Shown here: one piece after another, positions 47,372-61,264 of the stretch
Numbering within the stretch: the stretch's first letter is position 1
How the letters are laid out: every line of letters starts with the position of its first letter
Assembly: GCA_043228905.1 (NCBI GenBank)
Contig: JBHGNT010000014.1
Coordinates: forward strand, 18,662,001-18,726,000
Length of the DNA: 64,000 bases
Reading direction: 5' to 3'
From: Azolla caroliniana
Taxonomy: Eukaryota; Plantae; Polypodiophyta
The notes under the pieces: model-generated
What the model saw: only the letters and a program-made list of their open reading frames with translations
Database searches by the model: none
What the model was told of the DNA's origin: nothing
Made by a program: the position numbers and the translations under genes

Positions 47372-50194
47372 CATACCTCACAAAAATGTAAAAAACCATT
47401 TTAACAATTAAGCATTTGAATACAATTCCCTATACATTTTTCTACTAACCAAATACGATTATAATCGAGGGGGATTGAGGTGTTTTATTTTCAATGAGTC
47501 ATTTTTTAAAGCTAATGCTTATTGTTTCACATTAAAAGCATCTTAATAAGATTGGAGCAATATGGATAGTATAGGTTCTCTATGTTAATATCTCCTTATG
47601 TATTTGATTTTCTCGAGGAACACGATTCCATTCTTATGAAATTGGAAATTTGTTTTGGATACTATTTTATGACCTATGTCTACGACATATACATATGTGC
47701 ATAACAATTGTAAAGAATGGACATCAAACTCACTTCCAACCATAAAGCCAATATGGGCTTACCCCTACCCTATGAGTTACAAGTAGTTGGATGACCTTTG
47801 TCTTGAGATATTCAGTCTCATAAAGAACCTCCACCACACAATTGTGTTAGGTAATATCACCTAGGGCATAATGTATTTGTGTGGTGATCACGCAAAATGC
47901 TTGTAAAATAAGCTTTAAGATCCTGATAATAGATGCTCATTGTTTACTAATGTTGGCTATGTTCATGTTGATGTGTTTAACGTAGTTGGATAACAACATA
48001 AACGGGAGGAACAAAATTCCAAAGTGGCATTCTTAAAACAAAAAAAGGCAACAAAACAAAAAATTCAACTAGTCAAAAAATATTGTAGTCCAATTTATTT
48101 ATTACAGATCTTTTATGTATATAAGTTTCATGAAATTTAGTTTATCCGTCGAAAAACATATAAACTTTCACCAACTAGCAAAATAGATATCCTTGTTAGC
48201 CATGATCCATGAGTGCATGGCAACAAGACAATAACAATAAGGATTAAGGATTGGGTCGAGGAATTTGACATAAACGTAACTAACAAATAAATGTTGATTG
48301 ATATATTGGCTCTTTGTATACTGAGCTTTCGATACACCATAGCATTTGGCAACGTCATGTTATTGTGTGATGATTAGTTGTGTGATACAAGTTTCACTTG
48401 TCAAAATTGTCTCATAAACACTATTCTTTCTTTTTTGCCAAATATGCGTGTGATTATGAATGGAGAAATGATATTTCAAAGCAAGTTTCACCATCGTGAC
48501 ATAAACCAAAAATGAATTAAGCATTCTCACGTGAAGGAGAAACCCCAACATGGAACATATGAACACATACATATTCACATCAAAAGAATGTACAACATCA
48601 CAAAAGGTTTTTGAATAGGTCTATCCAAAAAATAGAGTGACTTGAATGTGAAAATTTAAGTTTGAAGGGGAATTGTGTTAACACAACAACAATAATAAAT
48701 GAGGTTATAAAAAGAAAATGAATAATGTTAACATGTTCATCATCTCAATCCTCTTCATGACAAGCCTCCTCTTCACAATAACCATTTACAGATAGCATTA
48801 TGTGTTGAGAGCCACATTGGTATTTACATGTACATATAATCTTTGATGTTTGCATGACATGACACCATATTAGCAAATTACTCCTCCTTGGGTATGATCA
48901 TATGTGGTGCACTTGATTACTTTCTAGTCCACACATGTACATGCCTTTTGTCAAACTCCGATGTTTCAAACAAGAAGATGCTTGATGTTTTAATGCCATA
49001 TCATCATGGAGTGGACATTCCATCATAATGCAATGAGGATTAACAGAGATGACATTGACAAGAAGTCACCAATTGGTCTTTTCTTACAAACAATGATTTC
49101 AGGGCACATCATGTACTTATGTTTCAATGTCCTGTTTGAACAATTTTAACTTAGGAACACAATCACAAATTAAGTTTTTCTAAGCAATATATAAAGCAAT
49201 CACCTAACAAAACAAATAATGATTGTGAAAGGGATTGTTGGCAAACAGATATACAAGTCACTTTTATTGTATCAATGATTTTGTGTTAGGCAAACACAAA
49301 GATTTCTCTAAGTGCATATTGAGAATCACACTTCAAACAGAGGAAACAATATCACAACAAGACTTTCAAAAGCAATGTATGCCATAGCTTGTAAAGAAGA
49401 TAATGAGCATTGAGTAACCCACTTTTCATATGGCTAGTGTTGTAGGAGACACAAGTTTTCATTTGGGTGTTTGATATGAAGGACACCTAAATTCAATGAA
49501 CAATACACAATTAGTCTCCTATGGAAAACAATGAGATTAAGAGAGGGTTTGTCGAGAAGAGGTATTATGGCATCCACCTTGTTGTTTTTTGTGGCCACAT
49601 CAACATGGTTTTATTCGTGGGAGCATGGTTGTAAGCCACATCAACACGATATCTCTTTCTAGGCATGGTATTGTGCCGCATGAACACGAATGTCTTATGT
49701 TAGGCATGGATGCATGCCACATGGAGAAGGAAAAGGGGGGGGGGGGGGGGGGGGGATCCTCCATCCGGGTATGGTTTTATGCCACCATGTACGTTAACAT
49801 GGATTTTGGGCAAGATGAATCTATGCCACATCGACAAGGGCGTTTGTCACAGTCAGGGGCGAGGGGTCAAAAATGCCACATCGACATGGATTCTGGTGTT
49901 TAGACACGCACAATCGAAAGAATGGGTTGTCGGGATGGGATGATCAATGGACATGAGCTCGGTCTATGGGGGGGGGGATACACATGGATCGATGACGACA
50001 GGGTGTGCTTTGCTGCTGGGCATGGGCTTGCAGATATGTGGCAACAGAACATGAGAGTGCGGGGTTTGTCGTGGGCTGGGCCCAACTGGCGTGGTGGGCA
50101 GGGTCCGGCCGGACAAAGCAAAGGGCGCGTACGGGGCGGACAAGTAGACACACAGAGTTGAGTTTATCTCGGAATCACGATGACTAGCAGAGGA

Positions 50195-50240
<46 letters not shown>

Positions 50241-50245
<5 letters not shown>

Positions 50246-50300
50246 GGTAAGGTTGCCCAATGGAGACCAAGTGGTCATGGGTTCAACCCCTACATTCCAC
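50241..50300 (+). mobile_element. tRNA-like/SINE head after (GA)n
   Basis: AGTTGGTAAGG (A-box-like) ... GGTTCAACCC (B-box-like). Shares GACCAAG..GT..TGGGTTC with the 37175-37285 element. Confidence 0.45.
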
Positions 50301-50360
50301 AGTAGCATCTAGTGAATTAAGAGATATATATGACGTATATAATAGAGAGAAGTGAGAAAA

Positions 50361-50418
50361 TTAGGTTTCGAACCCAAGACACAATGCTTGTAGAGTTTTA
50401 ACAGCTTACCACTAAGGT
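50361..50418 (-). mobile_element. tRNA-like/SINE head
   Basis: The minus strand reads CCTTAGTGGTAAG..TTGGGTTCGAAACCTAA (A- and B-box-like). Confidence 0.45.
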
Positions 50419-50459
50419 AAGCTAATTATTAGTGGTAAGCTAATTACGATAAAAAAAAA

Positions 50460-50544
50460 CGAGAGAGAGAGAGACACACACACACACACGCACACACATA
50501 CACATACACACAGACAGACAGAATTTGAAAGATGTTTTGGAAAC

Positions 50545-50604
<60 letters not shown>

Positions 50605-50705
50605 TTCGAAACGAAAGAGAAAAAATTTGCTGCTGTTTTTTTTTTTTCTTCTCATCATCATCATCATCATCTTCATCTGCTTCTTCTTCTTCTTCTTCTT
50701 CTTCT
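50460..50705. repeat. Compound microsatellites (GA, CA, CT, T, ATC, CTT) in the ARIA promoter/5'UTR
   Basis: Directly visible. They account for the low-complexity ORFs at 50440-50845. Confidence 0.95.
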
Positions 50706-51542
50706 CCATACCCCGTCCTCGCCATAGCCAACCACGAACCTGCAAATCCCATGGCCAATTCCTTCCCTCTCTAGTCCTTCACGCTTTTTCCCAGACTGTC
50801 CTTCGTCTCTGCTTCTTCTTCGCAGACAGAAAGGGAGGGTGTTAGAGAGAGAGACAGAAAGAGAGCAGCTTCATCTATTCCCTTGTCTTCTAAATCTGCT
50901 TCTGGATCTTTTTTCTTCTTCTCTCTGCAGATAGGTTCCTCCGTCTCTCCTTTTTCTTCTTCGCAGAGGAGGGAGGGAGAGAGGATCTTCACCTTCGTTC
51001 GTCTTCCTTCCCTAAATCGTTCTCGTTTTTGCTGGTTCTGGCTCCTCTCTCCCTCTTTACTCGACAGATTTCTTGCGACATCAAAGCACAGCCTTCACCG
51101 TTTCGAGATCAACACAGAATTAGTGGTAAAGTTTGATGCTATGCCTATGCACTGAGTTTAGATTCTATTTCTCCGTCTTTGATTTGACAGATTTCTCGCT
51201 GACATACAGGCTTCAGATCGAACGACACAGTGTGAAGGTGCGATGTGATGCTCAACCTGTGAGTTTACAGCTTCTGTCCTTTCTCTCTCTTTACCTTGAC
51301 AGTTTACTTGCTTCATCGAATCACAGTCTTCATCTTGTCGAAATTATTACGTGGATTCAAGATTTGATGCGATGCTCAGACTCTGAGAAGACGTCTGAAA
51401 CAGGTATTTTTCTACAGTTCCTCATTTTTTCACTCGTTTCAAAGCTATATATATAAATATCTATGACAACTACATATATATTTCATAGACCGGGGTTCTG
51501 TTGTTCCAGCATCTCAATTTCAATTCTGGACCCGTTTGATTC

Positions 51543-54500
51543 ATGGAAACAAGGGTCTTCTCTGGCAACGATCGAATGGATGCGAAGTTTATAGTGTCCA
51601 GTGAAAGAAAAGGCCATAAGAGGAAACTGGCGGACACAAATCTTGCGACTGAGCCTTTTGCAGAAGGCTCTAACTCTTGTTCTCTTTCAGCTGATGTCAA
51701 AGCTCAGGTTGAAATCCTAAAGGCTTCTGTTTCAGCTTCAGAATCGGATCGTCTTGCTGCTAGGAAAGCTGCACATGCCTTAGCTGATTTTGCTAAACAA
51801 GGTGTGATCTTTTGAAGCTTTGCGAAGGTTTATTTATTTGAGTATTAGAAGTGATGCAAATATATGGTTCTTTATTGCTTCAAATCTATGCATGGTATGC
51901 TTGTTAGAAGCTATGGGAAGGTATATGATTCTTTGAGCCAGTATGATCTTTTGAAGATATGCCTTTTATGATTCTTTGAAGCAATGGAAGGAAAGCTTGT
52001 TTAAATTTATGCAAGGCATTTTCTTGAACCTATGCTATCCATGATTGTTTGAGCCTATACGAGGTATGGTTGCTCGAGCCTATGCAAGGTGTGATTGTTT
52101 GAATGTATGCAAAGGTGTGCTTTTTTGAAGTTCAGCTGCAAATGATCTTTGATTTAATCCCCACACGTTAGAGGATAGAAACCAAAATACTAATCAAACA
52201 TAGTGAACATGAATTGAGATGCTAAACGTATTTGTATTGCAATAGATGCCAAGTCACAGCTATATTATATCTTACACTCACTTATATTTAAAACTACTCT
52301 GTTCAAAGGCATTTCTGCACGAATTGTTAGTCACCCTACTGAAAATAGTCAATTAAAACTGGAATCAGACATCTATAAATGAACTGTAATCTTATAATGC
52401 ACATTACAGCAGGTTTGCGTATGCCTGAAGTCAATCCAGTATGATTCTACAGTTTTAATCTCTGGAAGTAGCAATCATCAATCTTGGTATTGTAGATGCA
52501 GCCAAAAGTTTTTTTGGTGTTCTAAAAAGTCTGGCCAACCTGTTAATCTTATTGCATGTGAACTATGCAATATGTTATTATAATGGTTAGCTATACAATA
52601 TAATTACATATTGAGTATGAGATTTTGAAGGCCATGCAATACAAGTACAAACTGATTATGAGGGCTATCCAAGCCAATTTTGAATGAGATTTATAGTAAA
52701 GGCCTTCAAAAGTTTTCCAAGGAAAACCAAAATTTATCCATGTAAGAGCCAATGTCTTTGTGGAGACTTTCAAATGAAACCTAACATTTTCAATGTTTAA
52801 AACAATATGAAGACATTGTCAGCTTAACAATGTGAATTTCAAGGTGTCTACTGAACAAGGAATCCAATTATGCTTCCAGACAAGACTCTATAATCTAGCT
52901 TGGCTCATGGAGGATTCTAGAAGAATAATGATAATGACAAGTTTTAGGCACCATTGATTTTCTAGAAGAATTTAGCCTCTTTATCTTTGATGTTTTCACT
53001 CCTTAATCTTACCAACAGAAGTTGTGAGGCATAGGCAACCATTGTCCTTTCAAGTATGTATTCTTGTCTTCAATCCTGCCATGAAATCTTCAAGTGATGG
53101 TCATGTTTCGAGTAACATTGTGAATCGCATTACCTTGCTTAAACATCATAATAAATGATTCCATTATATATTCAAGTCATTCTTGTACATTAAGCCCCCC
53201 TATACTCATGGAGAAAACAGACACTGAATAGAAGTTTGAGTACACAATCACCTCAACAACAAGAGGCATCACGTGTTATAAATTTTACCAACTAATTGCA
53301 TCTAGCCAAACGGTCTTAACAACACTAAGGAAATGTGACTTGCGATATGATTACAGAAACACAACACTAAGTTATTATTATACCTCGAGTGTAACAAGTT
53401 TATTGAAAATTGAAATATGTTTTCAATCTATATATTTTAGCTTTTTACCATTTTTAGTAGTTTTCCTACAGTAATATTATTCTGCATTTTGTGTTATTGT
53501 ACCATTTTTTTCCCAAGTAACTGTTCTGGCTTTACTGTTTTCGTTTATGCCAATGTCATGTGGCATCTGAAATAAAATGTCCTATGCATGGTCTGTCTAG
53601 TGTGAGTGCATGCTGATCAGTTCTTGAATTCTAGACTGGTGCCTTTTTCACACAAATTGTAACATGAGTAACCCGTGGGAAATTATATGATGTTGGAAAA
53701 TGACCTACCGAAGAAGTGAGGCATTCATATATTTCTAAATGAAGAATACATCTCAGACACTTCCAAAATTTATTAAGATTTGTTTCTCATGAATTCCACA
53801 TCCATAGTCTTATAAGGAATTTGTGCATAAAATGGCATATTGATATGTTCATTAATGTTAAAATATGTGGTGTGCTTTACTGAATATTTGCACTTGTGAA
53901 CAAGTAAATTATTATTACTCCTCTTATTGATCTCTTCCATTCTCCTGGATTAGAAAGAACAGAATAAAGTGACAATTTTTTATTCTCTCTACTCATGGGT
54001 GCTTTCAGTCTAATATAAACCTGTTTCAGAACTGTAATACCGTGATTTTATATTAGGAAGCTTGTTTTTGAGCTTAGTATCTATTATTGAAGGAGACTGC
54101 TCTTATTATGTGTAATGCGTGCATTCATTTTAAAATGACTTCATTATTGGTTGGCAGAGGAAAATGTTGAAGTAATTGTTGAGGAAGGTGCAGTTGATGC
54201 CTTGGTGCAACACTTACGTGCACCAATCAGCGAAGAAGAAGATGGATCTATTGCCTATGAACATGAAGTAGAGAAAGACGCTGCTTTTGCATTAGGATTA
54301 CTTGCTGTAAAGGTACACACAGTTCCTTTCAATGATCAGGATTTGACTTTAGGATTTGACAGTTAATGCTATGTGCGAAATCATATCCTATGCTCCCGTT
54401 AGCTTTTCTATGGTGCAAATCATGGCAACCACTCTGCTTGTTCACTATTTTCTTAGCATCCAATATTTTAAAAATTCCTTAGCTTCAAATGCACAAGTCC

Positions 54501-57500
54501 ATACTGATTACATCTTCCATTGCAGCCTGAACATCAAAGGCATATTGCAGATGCTGGGGCTTTATCATGTCTTGTGGTTTTGCTACAGAGGAAAGCTAGT
54601 ACATCAAATGCACGTATTGTTAATGGTGTGATCCGAAGAGCTGCTGATGCTATTACAAGTCTTGCTCATGAAAACAGCAGTATCAAAACTCGTGTAAGGT
54701 AGTACCTTTCCTGAAGCTTACCTTCAAAAATCCCCTCTCTATCAATGGGTTTAATGTATGTTTAATGAATTTTATTTAGCGTTTTATGGGTACTAGTCAA
54801 TATAAATCATGTTGGAACGTAGTTGGCCTCTTTAATAAATCCTTATAGTACTTAAAATCTTGTTTCTGTAATGCTACTTCCTCCAATATGTGAATCTCAC
54901 TGTTTTCCTTCGACAGAACTGAGGGAGGCATTCCACCCCTCGTTGAGCTTTTGGAATCTACTGATGGCAAGGTACAACGAGCTGCCGCTGGTGCACTACG
55001 AACTCTAGCGTTTAAGAATGAAGAAAACAAAAATCAGGTAATCTTTCCAACTCAATTCATTGGTAGCGTTTATGTTTTATATCTCTGTTGAATTGGCAAT
55101 TCCATATGGAATACAGGCAGTGCTTTTCATTAAAGCTATAGACAATGTATTATATGAGTTTCTTGTTCACTTAACACTGCGTTTCCTTGAGACTTGCCTG
55201 AGATCCCTCTGGCTATCACAGGGGTTATCCATTCTTGTCTCTGTCCTGTCTGATCTCTTGTGACATTTAAGTCATAGATTTGAAAATGCTCTTGGCATTA
55301 TACAATAAAATCTCATCCTTCTATCCTCTTTTCTGTCAAATATGTTCCACCTTAAAATAATAATGGCCTTCTACAGATTGTGGAGCACAATGCTTTACCC
55401 ACTCTCATATTCATGCTGCGATCAGAGGATATCGGTATTCATTATGAAGCGGTATGTTTTTAAATGGGTTTACTGTTTGTATTACTACAAATCTAGTATT
55501 AAATAGCTATTGTAGCTTCAGTTAGATTAGTCCTGACTGTGGATGCATGATTGCTAGAATATGTATTTATTAATTTGTACTAGCATTTTAGTGGGCATTT
55601 TTCAATATGAAATAAGAAGACATTTCAATTTGTACGAATATGCATTTAACAATTGAGAGCTATGGCTGGAAGAACAAGAGTCATATACCTTTGATTTTAT
55701 AAAGTTTATTGCAACTTTTAAGCATGTATAGCTTGTTTAATAAGTTATTGTCATAAAGCAGCAGGGAACTTCGAACAAACAGAAAAGGATCCAGACCTTG
55801 AAATTCACCATGTACTAACTAGACATGCATTTTTTCTTATATATAATATCAATGTGATGGAATCAGATATTAGATTCTTGAAAAACAGTCAGATTGGCCA
55901 ATAGGGGCCAAATTATAACCTTGGTAATACTTAGAGTCTAGGTGTTGCAATCATGCATTCTTCCATTAACATATGAAAGTCTGTAATCATTGATATTCTA
56001 TCATGTAGTGCCCAATAAAAAGATACACCAAAACACTCTCTGCACTGATATCTTAATATGGAAATAGACTGGGGTTTAAGTTGAACTTAAGCTGTAAACT
56101 TTCTATTCAGGCATTGCTAACTACAACAGGCATCACTAGCATTCAAAATTTTAAAAAGATTTGAATCAGTTTGAATGAAAACTAACCAAATGTCTTTCAC
56201 AACTATAGAATGCATGTGAGAGCGGTCTTAAATATTTCCTAGGCGCAATAAAAGCTGAAAGCTTGATATTTTTCAAATGACTATCTGTAGGCCTGATCTG
56301 ATTTGCATTGATTAAGGGGCAAACATTTAGTTGGTTTCACTCTTATCAACAGTTCCTTGCCTTTAAATATTTGAAAAATATTTCCTCTGGAATGTGAACA
56401 AATTTGAGATGAAACTGCTTCAGTATATATATATATTCCTTGCTTTTGTTGTGATAAGTCTCATATGAAACTCAGTTCTGTACAAAGATGCAAAGGCAAG
56501 TTTACTTTTCTTATGCAGGTAGGGGTCATAGGAAACCTCGTACATTCCTCTGTGAACATAAAAAAGGAAGTGCTGCAAGCTGGTGCCCTACAACCTGTAA
56601 TTGGCTTACTAAGGTTGGTACTAAGATGAATTACTAGTTCAATATTCTAACAAAAGGAAGTCCAACTATTTAATAGAAGTTATCTCATGCCAGCTCGAGG
56701 TGCCGAGAGAGCCAGCGAGAGGCAGCACTACTTCTCGGGCAGTTTGCAACAACAGATCCTGAATGCAAGGTGGTTAAGGTGTCTATTCATTGTCTCTTTT
56801 AAGTCTTTAGAAGTGGTTAATTAACATGCTTTGGATATGCTGTATTTTGGATTGCAGGTTCACATAGTCCAGAGAGGTGCTGTCAGACCTCTGATTCAGA
56901 TGCTTGAAGCCACAGATCCTCAGTTAAGAGAGATGGCTGCATTTGCACTTGGACGTCTGGCACAGGTAGTTGAGTACAAGGACATTCGTTTTCATATCAT
57001 TGCTCAAAAATTTACCACAACATGATTCCTTGCTATAGCAGAACAAGCATAACCAAGCTGGAATTGTGCATGATGGAGGACTGAAACCATTATTAGAGCT
57101 TTTGGATTCCAAAAATGGATCATTGCAGCATAATGCCGCTTTTGCATTATATGGGTTGGCTGAAAATGGGGTAACTATTTGTTTCAGTGTTGTTACATAT
57201 ATGTTGGAAGACACATAAATGTGCATATCCTCTAATATCAGGTTCTATTGAGGAATAAAGTCATAGTATATTTTTTGTGTCCCAGGATAACGTTTCTGAT
57301 ATTGTAAAGGAAGGGGGTGTGCAAAGGCTCCAAGATGGGGATCTTATTGTTCAGGTGAAGACTTGCTGGATGACCATTATATGTTGCGTATATTCTTCCT
57401 TGTTTTGTCTTGTCATCATGTTGAAAAAAGTGCTCCTGGCCCAGAGTGTGCTTCATATACAAAAAAATGACTGTTCCGAAGTGTCAGCATTTCTCTTAAG

Positions 57501-59840
57501 CTTGTAAATTTACTCTATTGTGAAGTAACGGGGCGAGCTTTTATATTACTTTTTGTGGGCCTGCTATTGTTAACAAGTTCTGATATCCTGTTTGGGAAAT
57601 GTTAGCACAAGTTTTGGAATCTCATATTAGTTGTAGTCATGAGGTATTTGATCTTTTCAGGCATCAAAAGATTGTGTAGCGAAGACACTCAAGAGGCTTG
57701 AAGAAAATATTAATGGTCCGGTATGGTCTCAACATTTTGCTTGCAGCTTATTGTTTCCAAGTAAAAATTAGGCATATTTGCGCTAGCTCAAATCCGTGTT
57801 TTTAAGAATGTGTTTCATTGCCAGACAAACATAATAATGTATTTGGTGTCTTCAGGTCCTTAAGCATCTTTTGTACTTGATGCGTCTCCCTGATAAAAGT
57901 GTGCAGAGGAGGGTTGCATTAACTCTATCTCATTTGTGTCTTCCTGATGATCAACGCACAATCTTTATAGAGAATAATGGTAGTACTTCACTTTTTTTTA
58001 CTGGTTGTTATTTGATAAGATGTTTGAGGCTAATTAAGGCTCTATGGTTAAAGACCTTTATTTGTGCATTTGACTTTAGGGATGGAGATATTATTAGGCC
58101 TTTTGAGTAGCTTTTCAAACCCAAAGCAGCAGCGAGATGGAGCATTGGCACTTTACACATTAGTGAAGAGGGCTACAGCTTTGTCCCCTATTGATGCTGC
58201 TCCACCACCACCTCCGCCACAGGTCTCTTGAATTATATCTTTGTTTTCTCTATGGATTCTGAATGTGCTTTTATGTTAGACGTTTCTGTTTTGTCTATGT
58301 TTCCCAAATCTCATCATGTATATATGGCACACCAGTACCATATCATGATTGTGTTCTAAATCATAAATTTGTGTTTGGCAATTTATTCTTTTGGAGTATC
58401 AAAGTCACCCAAACTTGCACTGGGGGCATTTGAGCCTTTTAAATGCCTCGGTAAAGTACATACTCTATGGTCATTTAGCATCTAGGTAACAATTCAGTAT
58501 TTGAATTATTACTATATGGAACAAACTAAAAATCTATGCTACACATTTATCTTGCTATTAATTTGACTATGCTACAATGTAAACAACTTCATTACTAGAT
58601 AATAGAAATATGTGGTTGCATGATCAATGCCATCTATCTGGGGCCAGTGTGCTAAAACAATGGAATGAAATTCAATATTGGTAGAAAAGTAAATCTAGAA
58701 TCTAGATTGAAAATGAGAAAAAAAGAAAGAATAAAAATCTAAGGAGAGCTCAGAATGTGCCCCTTTGGTCGGGCCAAAACTATTTCAGGTAAAAGATTGG
58801 AATCACCACTAAAAACGTATTTGGTACTAAACAAATAGCATTGTAGTTATTGCTTATGTTGGAATGTAGGTCTATCTTGGAGAGAGATACGTCAACAGTA
58901 GCACCTTGTCAGATGTGACCTTTTTGGTTGAAGGTATTTCCCGAACAGCATCAACTTTTTGTTTTCAAATACATCTCCATTTTAAACTGCAGTTTTGTTG
59001 GGAACCTGGTGCACCTCAGGGAGCAGGTTCTACGCACACCGTATTGCACTCCTTGCTTCCTCTGATGCCTTTCGTGCAATGTTTGATGGAGGCTATAGGG
59101 TATGTGTTGTACTTGGTCCTACTTGAACTTGATTTTTCACAAGAGAAGGTCACTTAAGTCTTCTCAAATGTATCTCATGTTCTAGGAAAAGGAAGCTAAG
59201 GACATTGAGATACCGAACATAAGCTGGAATGTCTTTGAGTTAATGATGAGGTAAGCATACAGAAAAAGTTTGATCTGCCGTCCATATTATGTGTCTATGC
59301 TTTATAATTCTTCTATATTTGGGGTTGTCTCCAGGTTTATATACACGGGGAATGTAGAGGTTACTAGTGAATTGGCTCAAGACCTCCTAAGGGCGGCAGA
59401 CCAATACTTGCTTGAGGGCTTGAAACGATTGTGCGAACATGCAATAGCACAGGTATTGCATCCACTGCCAATCATGTTGATAAAGTCTACTTTAAAAAAT
59501 GTTAGCGTAACTGATTTACTATGTGTGTTTTCAGGATCTAACTGTTGAGAATGTGGCAAACGTGTATGACTTAGCGGAAGCTTATCATGCTCTGTCATTG
59601 CGCCATACATGTGTGCTATTCATTTTAGAACAACATAAACAGATGTCTTCAATGATTGGGTTATTTTCTGCTACTGACCGTGCCTTTTTTCATCTCTTTG
59701 GTTATGTCATTCCCATTGTTAACTCAATTTTTATGTCTTCACTCAGGTATCCAGCACTTATTCAAAGAATTATTCCTGAGATTCGGGACTATCTACAAAG
59801 GATCTTAAGACCCCAACCTTGTGTAAGAAATCATCCTTAG
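51543..59840 (+). CDS. ARIA: ARM REPEAT PROTEIN INTERACTING WITH ABF2 (ARIA/ABAP1 family; armadillo repeats + BTB/POZ), 19 coding exons
   Basis: Exons 51543-51801, 54158-54312, 54526-54698, 54917-55037, 55377-55451, 56519-56613, 56694-56769, 56858-56965, 57042-57170, 57286-57354, 57661-57720, 57856-57979, 58080-58222, 58870-58933, 59020-59099, 59186-59250, 59335-59452, 59535-59659 and 59747-59840. Motifs RKGHKRKL, EHEVEKDAAFALGLLAVKPEHQ, RRAADAITSLAHEN, VQRAAAGALRTLAFKNEENKNQ, LSDVTFLVEG.RFYAHRIALLASSDAFRAMFDGGY, LLRAADQYLLEGLKRLCE. Confidence 0.96.
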
Positions 59841-61020
59841 AGCTTTGATCCCACTACAATTTAGCTGGCGGACAAAACAAAAAGCAGTTCATCATAAAGG
59901 GGTCTGAAAGCAGCTCATACATAATCGTTTCTTTTGGTTAACCAAAATTTTCCATCATACATATTGTAACTCAGTCCTGTGCTTTTAGAGCAAAGCTTAG
60001 GCGGCTCCTATCTTTAAAGCATTGAGCAATTTACATGTAATGATATTTGAAAAAGTGTTTTTTTCTTTAACTAGTCAATTTTGATGTCTATATGTTGTCT
60101 TTGGGTGATTAGAGTGCAGTATATAATAAATATAAACCTCATTGTTAATTAGTAGAGTGGAATGTTGGCAGGATGAACAAAAAGGTTTTGCGGCATGCAT
60201 CATAACCTCTTTGTTCATTATGCTGACTTGTTTCTTTTGTTTTTTTACTTTCACCAAGCTCGAATGCCAGAGGTTATTTTGTACATAAACAATTTAGTAT
60301 ATGCGAGAAGTATATTATATGCAGAATATTGTACGGAGATTCAAAGTTTCATGCAAAGCAAACATCTGCATGGAGAATGAGCATTCAATAGGTTTCTCCC
60401 TGGGCATGTCTAGGAGGTTATTTCAGTACCTGTGCTTCTACTGTACTAGCTAGGGTAGACTATTCAGTGTATCATTGGGGTGTGCACATTTATCTAGTTC
60501 AGTAGCAGCTCAACATAGTAGTTACCATGGTTATTATATTGTGGTTCCAATTTCTACACCCCTGTTGCTCCTGCATGTATGTAGTGATGTGTTGTCTTGA
60601 ATGTTTTTTGATCCCCTTTCTGGTTACTGAGTTGAATGTATTTTGGTAGAGAAATACTGAATTACAAATTGGAGGCTTTCTTTATCATTCTCTTTCTATG
60701 TTGTGAAGAGTATAGATTACGACAGTCATTTTATCATAGTACATTCCACCTATGCTTCTGTCGACCATGTTACCATCCAAATTGAGTGCAGCTTCTCTTT
60801 TTTGTAAATAATGGCTTTCAATACGAAAGAGAAAACATGACCATGACTATTAACTTACAACGAAGTATAGAACCCTTCTTGGGATCTAAATACTTACTAT
60901 GGCTACAAACTCAATTCCACACTACAGTTCTAGGAATATGTTGATATGTGACCTTATAGAGCTCAATGAAGGCATGCCACATGTTCCTATTGAACCATAA
61001 CCCCCAATATCTCAATTGAA

Positions 61021-61264
61021 TCTCTCTCTCTCTCTCTCTCTCTTTCACACACAAAATATTGGCCAACCGGTATTAGAAGACACCTATTTCAAACAAACAT
61101 CTTAGCTTATTGAGTATAAATTTCATCAATGTTCACTTATGCTCTCTCTCTCTCTCTCTCTTTCACACACACACAAAATATTGGCCAACTGGTATTAGAA
61201 GACACCTATTTCAAACAAACATCTTAGCTTATTGAGTATAAATTTCATCAATTTTCACTTATGC
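61021..61264. repeat. Tandem duplication ~122 bp x2 starting with (CT)n
   Basis: (CT)n-TTCACACACAAAATATTGGCCAAC.GGTATTAGAAGACACC...TTCACTTATGCT occurs twice. Confidence 0.9.

Noticed and set aside
47700-49560. Possible decayed transposase/Helitron region
   Set aside because: No recognisable domain motif in any frame by eye. Needs a profile search.
50440-50845. Poly-K/poly-E/poly-CV ORFs
   Set aside because: Translations of compound microsatellites.
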